The notes under the pieces: generated by a model
What the model was told of the DNA's origin: nothing
What the model saw: the letters and a program-made list of their open reading frames with translations, nothing else
Database searches by the model: none
Shown here: positions 44,151 to 56,729 of the stretch, piece after piece
Layout: every line of letters starts with the position of its first letter
Numbering within the stretch: the first letter of the stretch is position 1
Translations under genes and position numbers: made by a program
From: the human T2T-CHM13v2.0 reference genome, Homo sapiens
DNA length: 64,000 nucleotides
Direction: 5' to 3' (one strand)
NCBI RefSeq assembly: GCF_009914755.1
Contig: NC_060929.1

Positions 44151-46544
44151 AAGAAGGAATATAATATAAAGACATTTTCAGATAAAAGGAACTAAAGAAT
44201 TTGTCACCAGCAGACCTGAACTAAAGAAAATTATTTAGGCTGAAGGGATATGATACTAGATGGAAACTCAAATCTTTCAGGAGGAATGAAGAACATCAGA
44301 AATGGAAAAAAAAATCTGGGTAAATATGAAAGTCTACTTTTTCTTTTTAATTTTTAAAAAATACACAAACTGAGCAACAAACTCATCATATCATAGAATT
44401 TATAATGTATGTAGATAAAATACAAATTACATACACTCTATGTATGTAGATATAGTACAAATTATGGTATTTCATAAAACATGGGGCTGGGGTGGGAAGG
44501 TAAAAGGATCTCTATGAGTGCAAGGTTATTGTGTACATATTTTGTGAAGCGGTACAATCTTAAGTCTAAATAAACTGTGAAAACTTAAGGATGCAACCCA
44601 TAGAAGAGCCGCAGAAAAATAAGGCAAAAAAGTGTAACTAAAAAGCTAATGAATAAATGGAAATAGAATTCTTAAAAATGTCCAAATAATCTTTTTTTAA
44701 AAACTGATGATAAACCAATGATTTAGAAAAAAAACAAAATTTGAGGAAACCATAAAATAGTAGCCTTAAATCCAACCATATCAATAATTACCTTAATTGT
44801 TAATGAACTAAATAATACAATTAAATGGCATAGGTTTTCAGAATAGAGTTTTAGAAACAACTCAACTGTATACTATCTATAGAGACACACTTTAAACAGA
44901 GAGGACACAGGTTGAGGATGTAAATAGTAACATAAGAAGGCAGAAGTGGCCATGTTAACATCAAGTGCAATCGACCTCAAGTCCGGGAGTATTACCAGAG
45001 CCAAAAAGAGACTTTCATAATGATTATATGATCAATTCATCAGGTGGGCCTATATTCATAAACAGAAAAGCTTTAAATACATGAAGAAAAAATTGACAGA
45101 ATGAAAGGGAGAAGTAGACAATTTCACATACTTGCTTGGAGATTTTAACATCCTTCTCTCACCAATCAACAGAACAAAAATAGCTCAAAAAATCAGTAAA
45201 GACAGAGAATCTGAACAACACTAGCAACCATCTTGACCTAGTGTTTATAGAACACTACATCTAACAGTACAGAATGCATATGCTTTTTGAGGGTATATGG
45301 TATATCCTCCATGTGCTGAGCCATAAAACAAGTCTTATTAGATCAAAAAATAATTTTTAAACATCATGCTATGTAAAACAAAGTAAACACAAAAAGTACA
45401 TTCTGTATTACTCCATCTACATTGAATTCCAGAGTAAGCAAAATAAATCTATAGTGACAGAAAGTAAATCAGTAGTTGTCTGGGGCTGGGGTGGGGGCAA
45501 AGGTGAAAATAGTTTGGGAAAGGACCCTGCTGAACCTTCTGGAATGATGGAAACATTCTATATCTTGATTATTTTGATGATTACATGAGTATATACATTT
45601 GCCAAAACTCACGGATCTGTACACTTAAAGTAGATGCATTTTATTGCAGGTAAATTACACCTCAGTGAAGTTGATTAAAATAAAAGCAGATGTTTGGAAT
45701 TCACACTAGGAAGTGACAAAGCTGGTTAGAACACTTGCTGGGGCTGGTCCAGAGCACTGAATGAATTAGCCGCCAATATTTCAAACCTGTGAGATTTCAG
45801 GCAACTCTCAGGACTTAGGCATCTCTGAAAAGTAGGAAGCTCTGGCCATGCTGAACCAAGCTTCCCCTGGCAAACTATGGCAGGAGCTGAGCAGCAGCTA
45901 ACCCATTCAGTGGAGCACTCCCTCCCCGTGGCCACTCTGCCTGCTTCCCTCACTTAGTGACCCATCTGGCCCTGAAGGTTTTTGTGACCACTTGGCTAGA
46001 GGGTTAGTAGTGGTTACCACTTACTAATTTACCTGCTATTGCTTCTACATGTATCTCTCAGCATCTGACTTACACTCTTATCAGGCATAGATACACGTAG
46101 TTTTATTTTTATATTTGAGCACTTACTATGTGTAAGTTGCATTGCAAAGCAGTTTGTGTATATTATCAAATCCTTAGAACAATCCTACATAACAAGTTCT
46201 ACCACTTCCCCCATCTTGTAAATGAGAGAACTGACACACAAAGAGGTGAAGTTCATACCCCATTGGTAATAAGTGGTGGAGTCAGAATCTAAACTGCCTG
46301 AGTTTAGAACTGTCTGATTTTAGGGCTTGTGCTTGTCCAAGGATGCCCTTCTGCACAACTCCATAAGCCATTCACATTGTAGTCCCCTGAGCTGTGTAGG
46401 CTCGAGGAGCTGCCACTTGCATTCACTACAATGCAAATGGCGGCCTTTTATGCTAACTAGGGAAAGTTTCTCCTTATAAAACAAAAAGGATGAAATAGCT
46501 CATCTGCGGAGTGAGGGGAGAGGGTTCTTCTAGCTCTGATTTGA

Positions 46545-47065
46545 TTCATTCGACAACATTTTCTTAGCACTTACTTTATGCCATGTGCTGATCTGGGTAT
46601 AGAAGATACAGCAATGAAAACGTTCCCTGCCCTCATGGAGCTTACCTTTGAATGGGAGAAACAACCAATAAAAACATAAGCAGGTTATACAATTATATAA
46701 AAATGTAATCTGATGCCAGGTGATGATTATTACTATGAATTAAACCAAAGCAGGGTAAAGACTCAGACAGTGACTGGGGACACTATTTAAGATAGGGAGG
46801 TCCAAGAAGTCACTCTGAAAAAGTGACATCTGAGCAGCCAGCCATGTGAAGCCAGACATGTGAAGGAGCCATCCATGGAAATATCTGAAACAAAGGCATT
46901 CCTGGAGGCCATGGGAACAGCAAAGTACAAAGGCCCTGGAGAGGAAATGAGCTGGGCGCATTTGAGGAACGACCAAAAGACTATTCTGGTCAGGAGGATG
47001 AAGGAGAAGAAGCTGGTAGGACCTCACAGTCCTTGGGAAGGAGATTGATTTTATTCCATCTAATG
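46545..47065 (-). mobile_element. L2 fragment
   Basis: ATTCATTCGACAACATTTTCTTAGCACTTACTTTATGCCA...CCCTGCCCTCATGGAGCTTAC...AAAGGCCCTGGAG, the L2 3' region. Confidence 0.7.
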
Positions 47066-48089
47066 GGGATAATGGTTGGGGAATGAGAATTTGCACAGGA
47101 GAGATGGGAGACAATAAGCTTAGGGCTCTCTGAAGGGCAACCAAAGGGCTCAGCACTCAACCCCAGGAGCAGCCGGCAACCCTTCTGAATAGTGTGTCAA
47201 TTAAAGTGCAGGCAGCAGTGCTCTAATTGTGGTTGTTTTTTCCAAAATACAGATGGCAGTAGCCTGGTTTCCAGCAGGATGGTGATGACATCTGGTCTGC
47301 TTTCAATAAATCCTGCTTATGCAAAATTTCAGCTCCATTTCAGTCACCAAAGCCTCTGACTCATTCTATCTGAATCTCAGGCTGTAGGATGTGCTGGACA
47401 AAGAGGGAAACAATGTCCCTGAGTGACAAAGTGGACAAATTCCAGCCCTGCCATTCACCCATTCCCTTGCATGAATCCCTTCTCCTCTCTGTGCCTCAGA
47501 CCCTTCTCTGTACAAGGGGGCTACCCAGGCCTAATTTACAGGGAGGCCCATGATAATTAATCAAGATCAGGTTGTTTGAAAACATTTTGCTCAGGACCAG
47601 TTAATGTATTTACTTGTTTGTTTTCTGTTTTCCCAACCATCCTGTAGACTCCGTGAGACCAGAGTCCTGTCCATCTGGTTCATTGCAGCCACCTCAGGAC
47701 AGAACACAGATCCTGGCACCCAGTAGATGTGCTCAATAATTACTTGCTGAATTAATAAAGAGCATCTGATTATTAACCATCTGCAGATAGAATGTTGGAT
47801 ATGGCTTCAGGAACTTTTAGTTTCTGAATGTTACCAGAAAGGAATTTTCTCTGTCAGGCCCAAATGGCTACTGCACGATTTGTCTGTGTGAAGGTGAGTA
47901 GGGGATGGTTATTTCCGTGTCAGTTTCTCTCTGAATGTGCACATTTGACTGTGAACCTGTTAACTCATCCCACCTGCCTTTGAATTTTCTACCCAATCTA
48001 TTAATTTGGACAAGATAGATGACATTGGCTAGTATCTATCCCAATACTTACTATGGAGAAGGAATTAAATTAATGTCCTTAAGTAATGC

Positions 48090-48650
48090 ATTTATTTAAT
48101 TTTTGGTAAATATTTATTGAGAATCTCCATTTGGAAGGTGGGACTCAACATTGGTTAAGTCACCTACAGTCCCTTTCCTGAAGGAACTTAAATTCTAGTA
48201 GGAAAGACAGACATACATTAACTCATCATACAAATAATTAACTGCAATGGAAATCAAAGCTAAGAAGGACAAGTACAAATGCTACGAGTATGTCCATCAG
48301 GGCATCTGACTTGGTTCAGGTGTCAGGGAAGGTTTCTGTGAGGGAACAAGGTTTGAGCTGAGCCTGAGAGATGAGAACAGAGAAAAGCTCTGAGCCAGGC
48401 AGAGGGAGCAGCCAGCACAAGACCCAGCCCTAGGAAAGTTGCATTTCTTGAAGATTAGAAAGGAGGCTGATGAAGGAGAAAGAGACATACAACAATATTG
48501 GAGGCTTGGCAGGGGAGAGGTCAGGCAGGGCTTTGTGGACCGTAGGAAGTACTCATATTTATTCTACAGACAATGTGATACCATCCAGATGGTTTCAGCC
48601 AGTGGAGACAGGAGTACATTTATCCTTAGACATCACTTTGGCTGATGTTT
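48090..48650 (-). mobile_element. L2 fragment
   Basis: AAATATTTATTGAGAATCTCC...CAGGGAAGGTTTCTGTGAGGG...TTTGAGCTGAGCCTG. Confidence 0.65.
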
Positions 48651-51618
48651 CTATGAGGCTCTTATATTTTTCAGTGTGTTCAAAACTGAAATCTCAGATT
48701 TGATCTTCACGCAATCTTGCAAGGTCAATAGTGCAGTTCAAACTCTCCCTCAGGCAACAGATGAGAAAACTGAGGCACAGGGACACAGGGAAGGCTTGAT
48801 AAAAGCCACTTGGCCAGACAGGGCAAGGTCTTTAACTCTGCATTTCAGCCTTGAGAGCAACCTGAATCTATCAATGAATAAATGGAGTGTGGGAAGGTGT
48901 ATAAGGAAGTGGATATTAAAAGCAATCCTATGTTCTCTTTTCCCGAACCTCCCTGATAATATTCCTACAGTGGGGCAATCCAAGTAGATGTGAGCAGAAA
49001 GTCGGCTGATGGCAGACCTCACAGTGAATTACCAAGCATGTCCTCTCTTCCCAGCACCGAGAATTTGGCATTAACCTCCCCTGGGGAAGGCACACGCCTA
49101 AAACTCATCCACAGCTTGGCTTCTATCTGCTACCACTCCAGGGTTCCTTATCTCTGGATGAAAGCACATTTTCTTCATTTCAAAATTAATAAAATAACAA
49201 TGACGATAACATGCTTTTGAGATTGTTGTGTTTGTCTGCTCAGCGTCTAGAGCCCACCTCCTCTTTCTGGTAACAGCACCCTGACTTTTCCCTTGGGAAA
49301 CAGCTCCAGAGTGAGCAAATTACTCATGGCCAATGAGGTTCAGTGTTGGCCTCTCCTTGAGCCTAAATTATGGTAGGTACTCAGCAGATGTTTGCTAAAT
49401 TTAACAACAGTTATTATTTAATGACTGTATTAGTTCAGGACTCTTGGTAGCAAATGATAGAAACTTCCACCCAAGAGAATTTAATTGACTCATGTAACAA
49501 AACATTTCTATGTTGGGGCTGGCTGCTCTCCTACCAACAACAGTGGGTAGAAGTCTATAGCAATGCAAAGAAGGATGGTCAGAGCTTTGAGCTCAAGGAA
49601 CAGAGGAGACAGAGATGGCAGCATCTATTTGCAACAGCAGAAAGTCACTCTAGGTAACCATAAGTGGAAAATGACAGAAGGGAAGGCTCTTGAGTCTCGT
49701 GGGTTCAAGGTAAGGCTGTAAAACAGTGTTCAGAAAAAGGTGAGGGCCAAGGAAGACTAGGTGCAGGAATTATATTTTGCGCCACACCACTGGGACACTG
49801 TGGTTAGAACCCCAGTGTTGGCTCCTTCTCACTCCTTCAGCAGAAATTTCTCTACCTGTGCCTGCATGTTGCCCTCAAGACTCAAAGCCCAAGGCACAAC
49901 ATCCAACTGATTTGGTGGAGGTCCTACACCTCCACTCTGCCTGGGTAAGGAGAGATGGTATCTGAGCCCTGACTCTTTTTAAGATTCACATAGAATTCTT
50001 ACCAAAAAAAAAAAAAAAGAAAAAAAAGAAATAAAGAAAATGGGGCTTGAATGGCTGGCAAACACATGACAAATGTCCATTTCAAGAGGTGAGCAGAGTA
50101 ACAATCTACAGGGACTCTAAACTCAGATTCAGGGCCAGCTGAGCATGAGTCCTACTAAAAAAAGTACTCCTTTGGACGAACAATGTGAGATTCAGCTGTA
50201 AGCTACCAATACTTGAGACACTTAGATTTTATTCTTTAGGTAATTGGGAGCCATGAAGGATTTAAGCAGTAGGGAAGAGACATGTGACCAGACCTGCACT
50301 GAGAAAGATATCTGTGGCTGCTGAGAGGAGCAGAGAAGAAACTGGAGTCCCAAGAAACTAAGAGACAGATGTTGGTTCAATCAATCTAGACAATGGTTAA
50401 GGGCCTTGGAAGGAGTGGGTAGACTTGAGAAATTTAGAGAGGAAAAGGCAGCAGGATTTGGTGACTGAAGTGGCTGAGTAGGAGGCAAGAAATCACCAAA
50501 CTCCTGGCTTTGGAGACCAAACCTTCCTCTAACACCTCCTTCCAAGTGCTTCGTTTTTGTTAGCATGGAAAGGATATTGTAAAGGCCGAATTACACAACC
50601 CAAGAGGAAATCCAAAGTCAGACAGAGAGAATAATAGAAAGGACTATGGGGTTGGCAGTATGATTCATTATTATTCTTTAAGGTAAGGAGAAAAAAAATA
50701 ATTGATCCTGGATGAAGAAATGGGGCTTGGCTGAGCCCAGGGCTGTGGGAGGTAAGTCCTGCTCCAGAACTCCTTGGGGGCATGTGGTTGAAGGGCCAGC
50801 AGGAAGGAGGGGGGATGGTGTCTGCAAAGGCTTAAAGAGACATTTTGTCCCAGACTGGTGATGGGGAAATCTAGAGGACTGGGTTTCAGTGCTTGGTAGG
50901 GAAGACGCCATTGGCAACCCTCAGTGCCTTTCCTGCTGATGAGTGCCTCATTGCCAACTTACCCAGTTTAAAATAAATCTTCAAGCTAGCCCGGAGGTAA
51001 CTGTGCCTGAGCTTTGTCTTTTGCAGATGAGGAAGTGCAGGCTGAAAGATCAAGCCACTTAAGAAGGTCACACAGACAGTAAGTGTGGAGTTCAAGCTCA
51101 ACGTAGGCTTAAGATTCCTGATTCCAGTCCAGTGCCCCCAAGCCATCCTGCTCTTGGGGGTTGGGGTGTATGCCAAGTAGGATCTGTCACTGATTTGGCT
51201 CCTAGCACCATGCTTGATAAATATTTGAATAAGAGAGTTAATTTTCCATTGGTCTGGTATCAGTTGATCCATCAAGGGGCCAGGATTAATTAAATTTCTC
51301 CTATGGGAAGTTAGAGCGGAGGAGAGGAAAATTAATGAGCCCTAGATGGATCAGAGAGACTTCTCTGAGAGTATCAAGGGGGCACTGGTTATGCCAGGAA
51401 GGGAGATTAGTGGACCAGGAAACCAGGACAAGAAATGCATTTGAATGGGTCTTCCTGTTAATTTTTCATGGTTTCCTAAGAATGATGAGGCAGGAAATCC
51501 AAAAATTTTGATCATGGTCTTTAAAGGATTTCTAGCCTCTCCATGGATATAGGATCATCGAGGACATGGAGTTGGGAGACTGAAATAATGAAATTTCTGA
51601 CATAGTTCAACGGCCTAG

Positions 51619-52275
51619 GTCAGAAACCAGCAAACTTTTTCTGTAAAAGTCCAGATAGTAAACATTTTAGTCTTTGTAGACCAAGAGGCAAAATCTAGGA
51701 TATTATGAAGATGCAAGAGAGAAAAAAAAGTCCACAAAATTCTTATTGATGAAAATTTAAAAATAATTAATAAAAACTGAGTCCATTTTTTTTTTGAAAT
51801 AAAGGTCTGCTAATGAGAAGATGGAATTCTTTTTGGCGGGGGAATAATATTTCATTTAATTGGATTTCAAAGTTAGTATTTTGTCACATCAAAATCAATT
51901 GTAAATATTTATCTGTTAGTGCTGATCTGTAATGGATTTACCATATTTTGTGTCTGAAAATGTCTTTCATACTGATAGCTGATAGTTGTGGCATCATTGT
52001 GATTTTCAGTGCACCAGGAAGCAGTGCTAAGCAATGAGATCTACTCATACATTTATGTATGTATCGTTTACGTACATAGACCATATGTAAGTGAATGAGC
52101 CTTGCTTATTCCAACAGAATTTTATTTATGGACATGAAACTTGACTTTCACATAATTTTCACAAGTCAAAAATGGTCTTTTTTTTTCTGTCATTTAAAAA
52201 TGTGAAAACCATTCTTAGCCCATGGGCCATCCAAAAACAAGGAGCAAACCAGATTTGTCCCATGGGCTTAGTGTG
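51619..52275. mobile_element. hAT-Charlie element (MER58/Cheshire-like)
   Basis: CAGCAAACTTTTTCTGTAAAAGTCCAGATAGTAAACATTTTAG...AAAACCATTCTTAGCCCATGGGCC...CCAGATTTG. Confidence 0.75.
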
Positions 52276-53146
52276 TCTTAGTGAGTCAAGTTAAGCCATT
52301 CATAATCAGGATTGTCAAAGGAAATCTGGTGTTGTTTGGTTATTCCTAATATCTGCCTGGCGAGGAAGAAGTACCTAGGAGGAAGGCCAAAGAGTTTAGA
52401 TGGGACTAGAAATAGGGTGTTACTTAAGTTTCACCTTTGGAAGACTCCAGCCTGAGTCCTAGAATGAGGGTTCTCCAGCCTCCCCCTGACTGGGGTTTGC
52501 AGGACTTGACCAGTGCCCTCTTGGTCCAAGACTCTTTATATTCTTTAAGCCCCGTCATGGATTCCATTTCTGTCTGTGTGGCCATTCTGGGCCCCTAAGA
52601 TCTTGATACAAGCACAGGGGTTTCCAAAGGACAGGGCAGAGCTGCCTGCAGAGAACAACCTCCCAGACTGCTGAGGCCAAGGCGGTGGGTAGGCCTGGGG
52701 GTGCAGAGTGTGGCTTTCAGAGCTACAGCTTCAAAGTGGCCCTTATCTCCAGATGCACAGGTGAAGTGTGCCACATGTTTATGAGTAAACTAATGGCCTA
52801 ATCTCAGCTGGAGGCAAGGTAATGGGGCAAGGCAGGGTTGGAGAACACTCAGGCCATGCTGCCCTATGTTTAACCCTCTCTAGGCTCCAGGCTCCAGCAA
52901 GTGAATGCATAAACATGGCTCCAACTGAAGGGCCAGCCCTAACCAAACCACAATTTTCAGCTGATTCCTATAGGATGGGGGAGAACCCTGCTCCAAACCA
53001 GGACAACTCCACCTCTTCATTGTGTATCCAATGTAAAGTTGGGTTGGCAGCTTTTAATAACTTAGAAATGGCTGGGGGTGGGGGGGAGGAAGTACTGAAT
53101 CATTTACTCATTCAGCAAATAACCAGGGAATACCTACTCTACACTG

Positions 53147-53296
53147 GTCACTGATGGAGATACAGACTTGGGCAAAAGCCGCGTCATCTGGTTGTGTTCA
53201 AGCTGAACATTCCCTTGACCCAGTCACTGATGGAGATATAGACAGGCAAAAGCCACGTCATCTGGCTGTGTTCAAGCTGAACAGTCCCTTGACCCA
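53147..53296 (+). repeat. Two-copy ~75-bp tandem duplication
   Basis: GTCACTGATGGAGATA...CCCTTGACCCA at 53147-53222 and 53223-53296. Confidence 0.93.
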
Positions 53297-54768
53297 GGGC
53301 CCATGACAGGGCAGAGGGCATATTATTATCCCCATTTTACAAAGGAAAGAGCTGTCAGACACAGTGTCACACAGGAAGGTAGACGATAATGTCAATATCC
53401 CTCATCTTAGTATAAAGTTGTCCTTAAAAACTCTCCATTATTTATTAATTTATTGACTCACTTATTCATGTTTTCTGCACAGTGATACTTATCCTGCACG
53501 AGACTCTCACACCAGTGCTTGGGGTGTAAGAACACCCCAAGGATTGTGTTCCCTTTTCTCGAAGAGTCTGTGGTCTAAGGGGATTCAATGGGGTCCACTT
53601 TCCAAACCAAGACAGCAAAGGAACACTAGGGAGAAGTATTCTGTGCAGAGATTCAGTTATATGATAGCTAAGAGGTGGACCTTCCATTTAATACTTTGCC
53701 TTGGGCAAGTCACTCTCCTCAGTTTCCTCACCTGCTAAGTGGGCATAACAATAGTACTGACTTCACTGGGCTGTTGTGAGGACTGAATGAGATGACATGG
53801 AAGGTATCTGGCTCACAGTCAGTGCTCAATAAATGGTGATTACTAAAGAAAACCCATGAGGAAAGGCTAAAGGGTCTGGAATTCAATGGGACAGCTAATT
53901 TTGCTTGCTTTTTTTGTTTGTTTGTCTCAAAATTTTGCTTTTAAATTGAACATTTTGCACAGTTATTAAATGTGTGCACTGGTCTTGTTTATACCTGTGA
54001 TCTAGTTGAATCCTCAAAGCAACTTCTTGGAGCAGGCATTGTTAATTTCTTCTCATCTTGCAGATGAGAAAACTAAGGACCAGTGATAGGAAGTTCTCCA
54101 AAATCACACAGCAAGAAAGGATGTGAGCCAGCGTCCTGGGCTGCTTGTCTCCACCCTGGGCTCCCTCTTGTTACATGATGGATGGGATTTGGTTGATATT
54201 TGGTTGTAGATTGGGCAGGAAAACTAAGGTTCAAATGGGGCAGTGAATGGCTCAAATGTGATAGGAAAGCCCTGATGGGAAGGGTCGTTAAACCTTGGAA
54301 TGGGCGACTCCAACAGAAGCAGAAGCCCTAGCCAGGACGACTTCCCCATCATCTTCCTGGATGAGTCACAATTCACTGTGGTCCTACCTACAGGCAGCAG
54401 GCAGGGGGATGAAAAAGATGACCAGCCACCATCTTTACTTTCCCCAAGTTCCCCAAATGTTGTCCCCCTTCATTATTATTCAGCCAATGATGACAAAGCT
54501 ACTGGTGTTGCCACTGCTCCCCACACCCCTCCTCCCACTCCCACAAAGGAACTCTATCCTGCTCCATCTATGCACCATTTTATGCTGAATCACTCGGTGA
54601 TGGAGTGATCTGGTGTCTGTTTACACAGAGGAAGCCCCAGCCTGAAGACCTGGTCAATCCAAGTCAAACACATTCGATCCTTAGCACGTGCCCTGTCATG
54701 TGGCCTCCCTTGCCCACTCAGGCATAGGATCTACCAGGGCGCTTCTTCCCATCGAGCTGAGAGGCCAC

Positions 54769-55235
54769 TGGATTAGTTTCTTAGATCTGCCTTAACAAAC
54801 TGTCATAAACTGGGTGGCTTGAAACACAGAAGTTTATTCTGTCATAGTTCTGAAGGCCAATGTGTCAACAGAGCCAAGCTCCCTCCTGAGGCTCCACGGG
54901 GAGTTGTTCCTGGCCTCTTCCAGCTTCTGGTGGCTCACAGCATTCTGGCTCATGGCTGATAACTCCCATCTCTGTTCCTGTCATCACGTGGCCTTCTCCC
55001 CTTCTCTGTGTCCGTGTCTTCTCCTCTTCTGTTTCCTAAAAGGACGTTTGTCATTGATTTTAGGGTCCACCTGGGTAACCCAGATAAGCACATCCCAAGA
55101 TCTTTAACTTAGTTAGATCTGCAAATGCGAGTGTTCACATTTTCCAATTCTTAAACTAAAATAAGGTCCCATTCACAGGCTTCCAGGGTTAGGGCATGGA
55201 CATATGTCCTGGGGGCCACCTCCAGCCCACTGCAA
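54769..55235 (-). mobile_element. MaLR solo LTR (MLT1C-like)
   Basis: AAACTGGGTGGCTTGAAACACAGAAGTTTATTCT...CTCTTCCAGCTTCTGGTGGC...AATAAGGTCCCATTCACAGG. Confidence 0.8.
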
Positions 55236-55315
55236 CCACAGAATCTTTCTCAGCACAGTTCTCAAATTAGTTGATGCACACACACAAAAAGATGATGGCC
55301 CATGAAATGCAGGCC

Positions 55316-56729
55316 TTTTATTTATTTATTTATTTTTGCTCTCTGAACTTTTTATTGGCCTCCTGCTCCCCAGAGTGGACCCTGCTTCTCCTGGCTTAAT
55401 GTCTCAGAACTTTGGAGTCATTGGTCTCAGACACCACTTTGCCGTCCACTATATGGTGGGTGGTGGTCTTTTGGGTGGTTTGCATGGAGTTGCTGCTGTT
55501 CAGGGCATCACCAAGACTGAATTCCTCACCGTCTTCCAGCAGGCAGCGTTAGGTGGTGATCTCAGCCTCCTGCTTGACTTTGATGTTCAGCAGGGCCTGG
55601 CACTCCTGGGCCTGGAGCTGCCCCTCTGCCCAGGTCTATGCCAGCTCTGACTCCAGGTGAAGCAGGATCCCGTTGAGCTACATCTGAAGGATGTAGTGGG
55701 CCTCCACTCAGGCTGTTCTCCAAGCTGGCTTTCAGATCTCTCAAAGAGTTCAGGTCGATCTCTAAAGACTGGATTGTATGTCTCGGCTCCATTGAGTGTC
55801 ACCTCAGCAGCTTCAACCTCGGCGGACTGTGTGGTGACCACTGTGGTGCTCTCCTCAATCTACTGAGACTAGTACTTGTCCAGCTCCTCTTGGTTCTTCC
55901 GAGCCAGCTCCTTGTATTGGGCCCGGATGTCCGCCATGATCTTGGTGAGGTTCTGAGATTTGGGGGCATCTACCTCCATGGTCAACCCAGAGCTGGCAAT
56001 CTGGGCTTGTAGGCCTTTTACTTCCTCTTTGTGGTTTTTCTTCATGAAGAGCAGCTCCTCCTTGAGAGCTTCGATCTCTGTCTCCAGCTGCAGCCGAGTG
56101 ACATTTGTGTCATCAGTGACTTTGCAGAGCCCATGGATGTCGCTCTCCACAGACTGGCGCATGGCCAGCCCTGTCTCATACTTGACTCTAAAGTCATCAG
56201 CAGCAAGACGGGCATTGTTGATCTGCAGAACAATGCGGGCATTGTCCACAGTATTTGCAAAGATCTGAGTCCTCAGTTCCTCGATGGTCTTGAAGTAATG
56301 GCCCCAGTCTCTGACCTGGGGTCCCTTCTTCTCCAGGTGCTCCCAGATTTTGTTTTCCAGCTTCTGGTTCTCAGTCTCCTGGCTCCTCACTCTGTCCAGG
56401 TAGGAGGCCAGGCAGTCGTTCAGGCTTTGCATGGTCTCCTTCTCCTTGTGGATGCCTCCCATTCTCTCCAGACCCCCGGCCAGCCCCGCAGCCAGGCCCC
56501 CAGACCCCAAGCAGCCTTGGAAGTTGGTGGAGCGGGACATAGAGATCCGGGAGCCCGAGCCCCCAGCGCCTGCATAGACGCTGGCTGCGCTGCTGACCAG
56601 CTGGGCACCATAGCTGGGAGGCTGAACGGAGCCTAGGGACTGGTAGTTGGTGGAGAAGGTGAAGCGAGTGGTGAATCTCGTGCTGTCTGGGAAGGAGATT
56701 GAGAGGACAGCACTCAGGCTTTGCCGACC
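55316..56729 (-). pseudogene. KRT18P41: Processed keratin 18 pseudogene (probably KRT18P41; number from recall)
   Basis: Intronless copy of the full KRT18 mRNA: 5' UTR, start codon mutated to ACG (56679-56681), rod domain (ORF 55869-56540, ...KETMQSLND...ARLAADDFRVKYE...), Trp-to-TAG stop at 55869-55871, downstream frameshifts, original TAA at 55396-55398, AATAAA at 55351-55356 and an A-rich tail at 55316-55337. Confidence 0.93.

Larger units (their letters stand above)
40100..45685 (+). mobile_element. Nested old L1 cluster: outer L1M 3' end (~40100-40304 and ~45358-45685) split by a 5'-intact L1M (~40305-45355)
   Basis: The outer piece ACATGGATAAATTATAAAAACACT resumes as AAACATCATGCT...GTAAATTACACCTCA. 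The inner element shows 5' UTR, ORF1-like, inter-ORF and endonuclease-like text. Confidence 0.65.

Noticed and set aside
56031-56636. 201-aa + strand ORF
   Set aside because: Antisense shadow of the KRT18 pseudogene.
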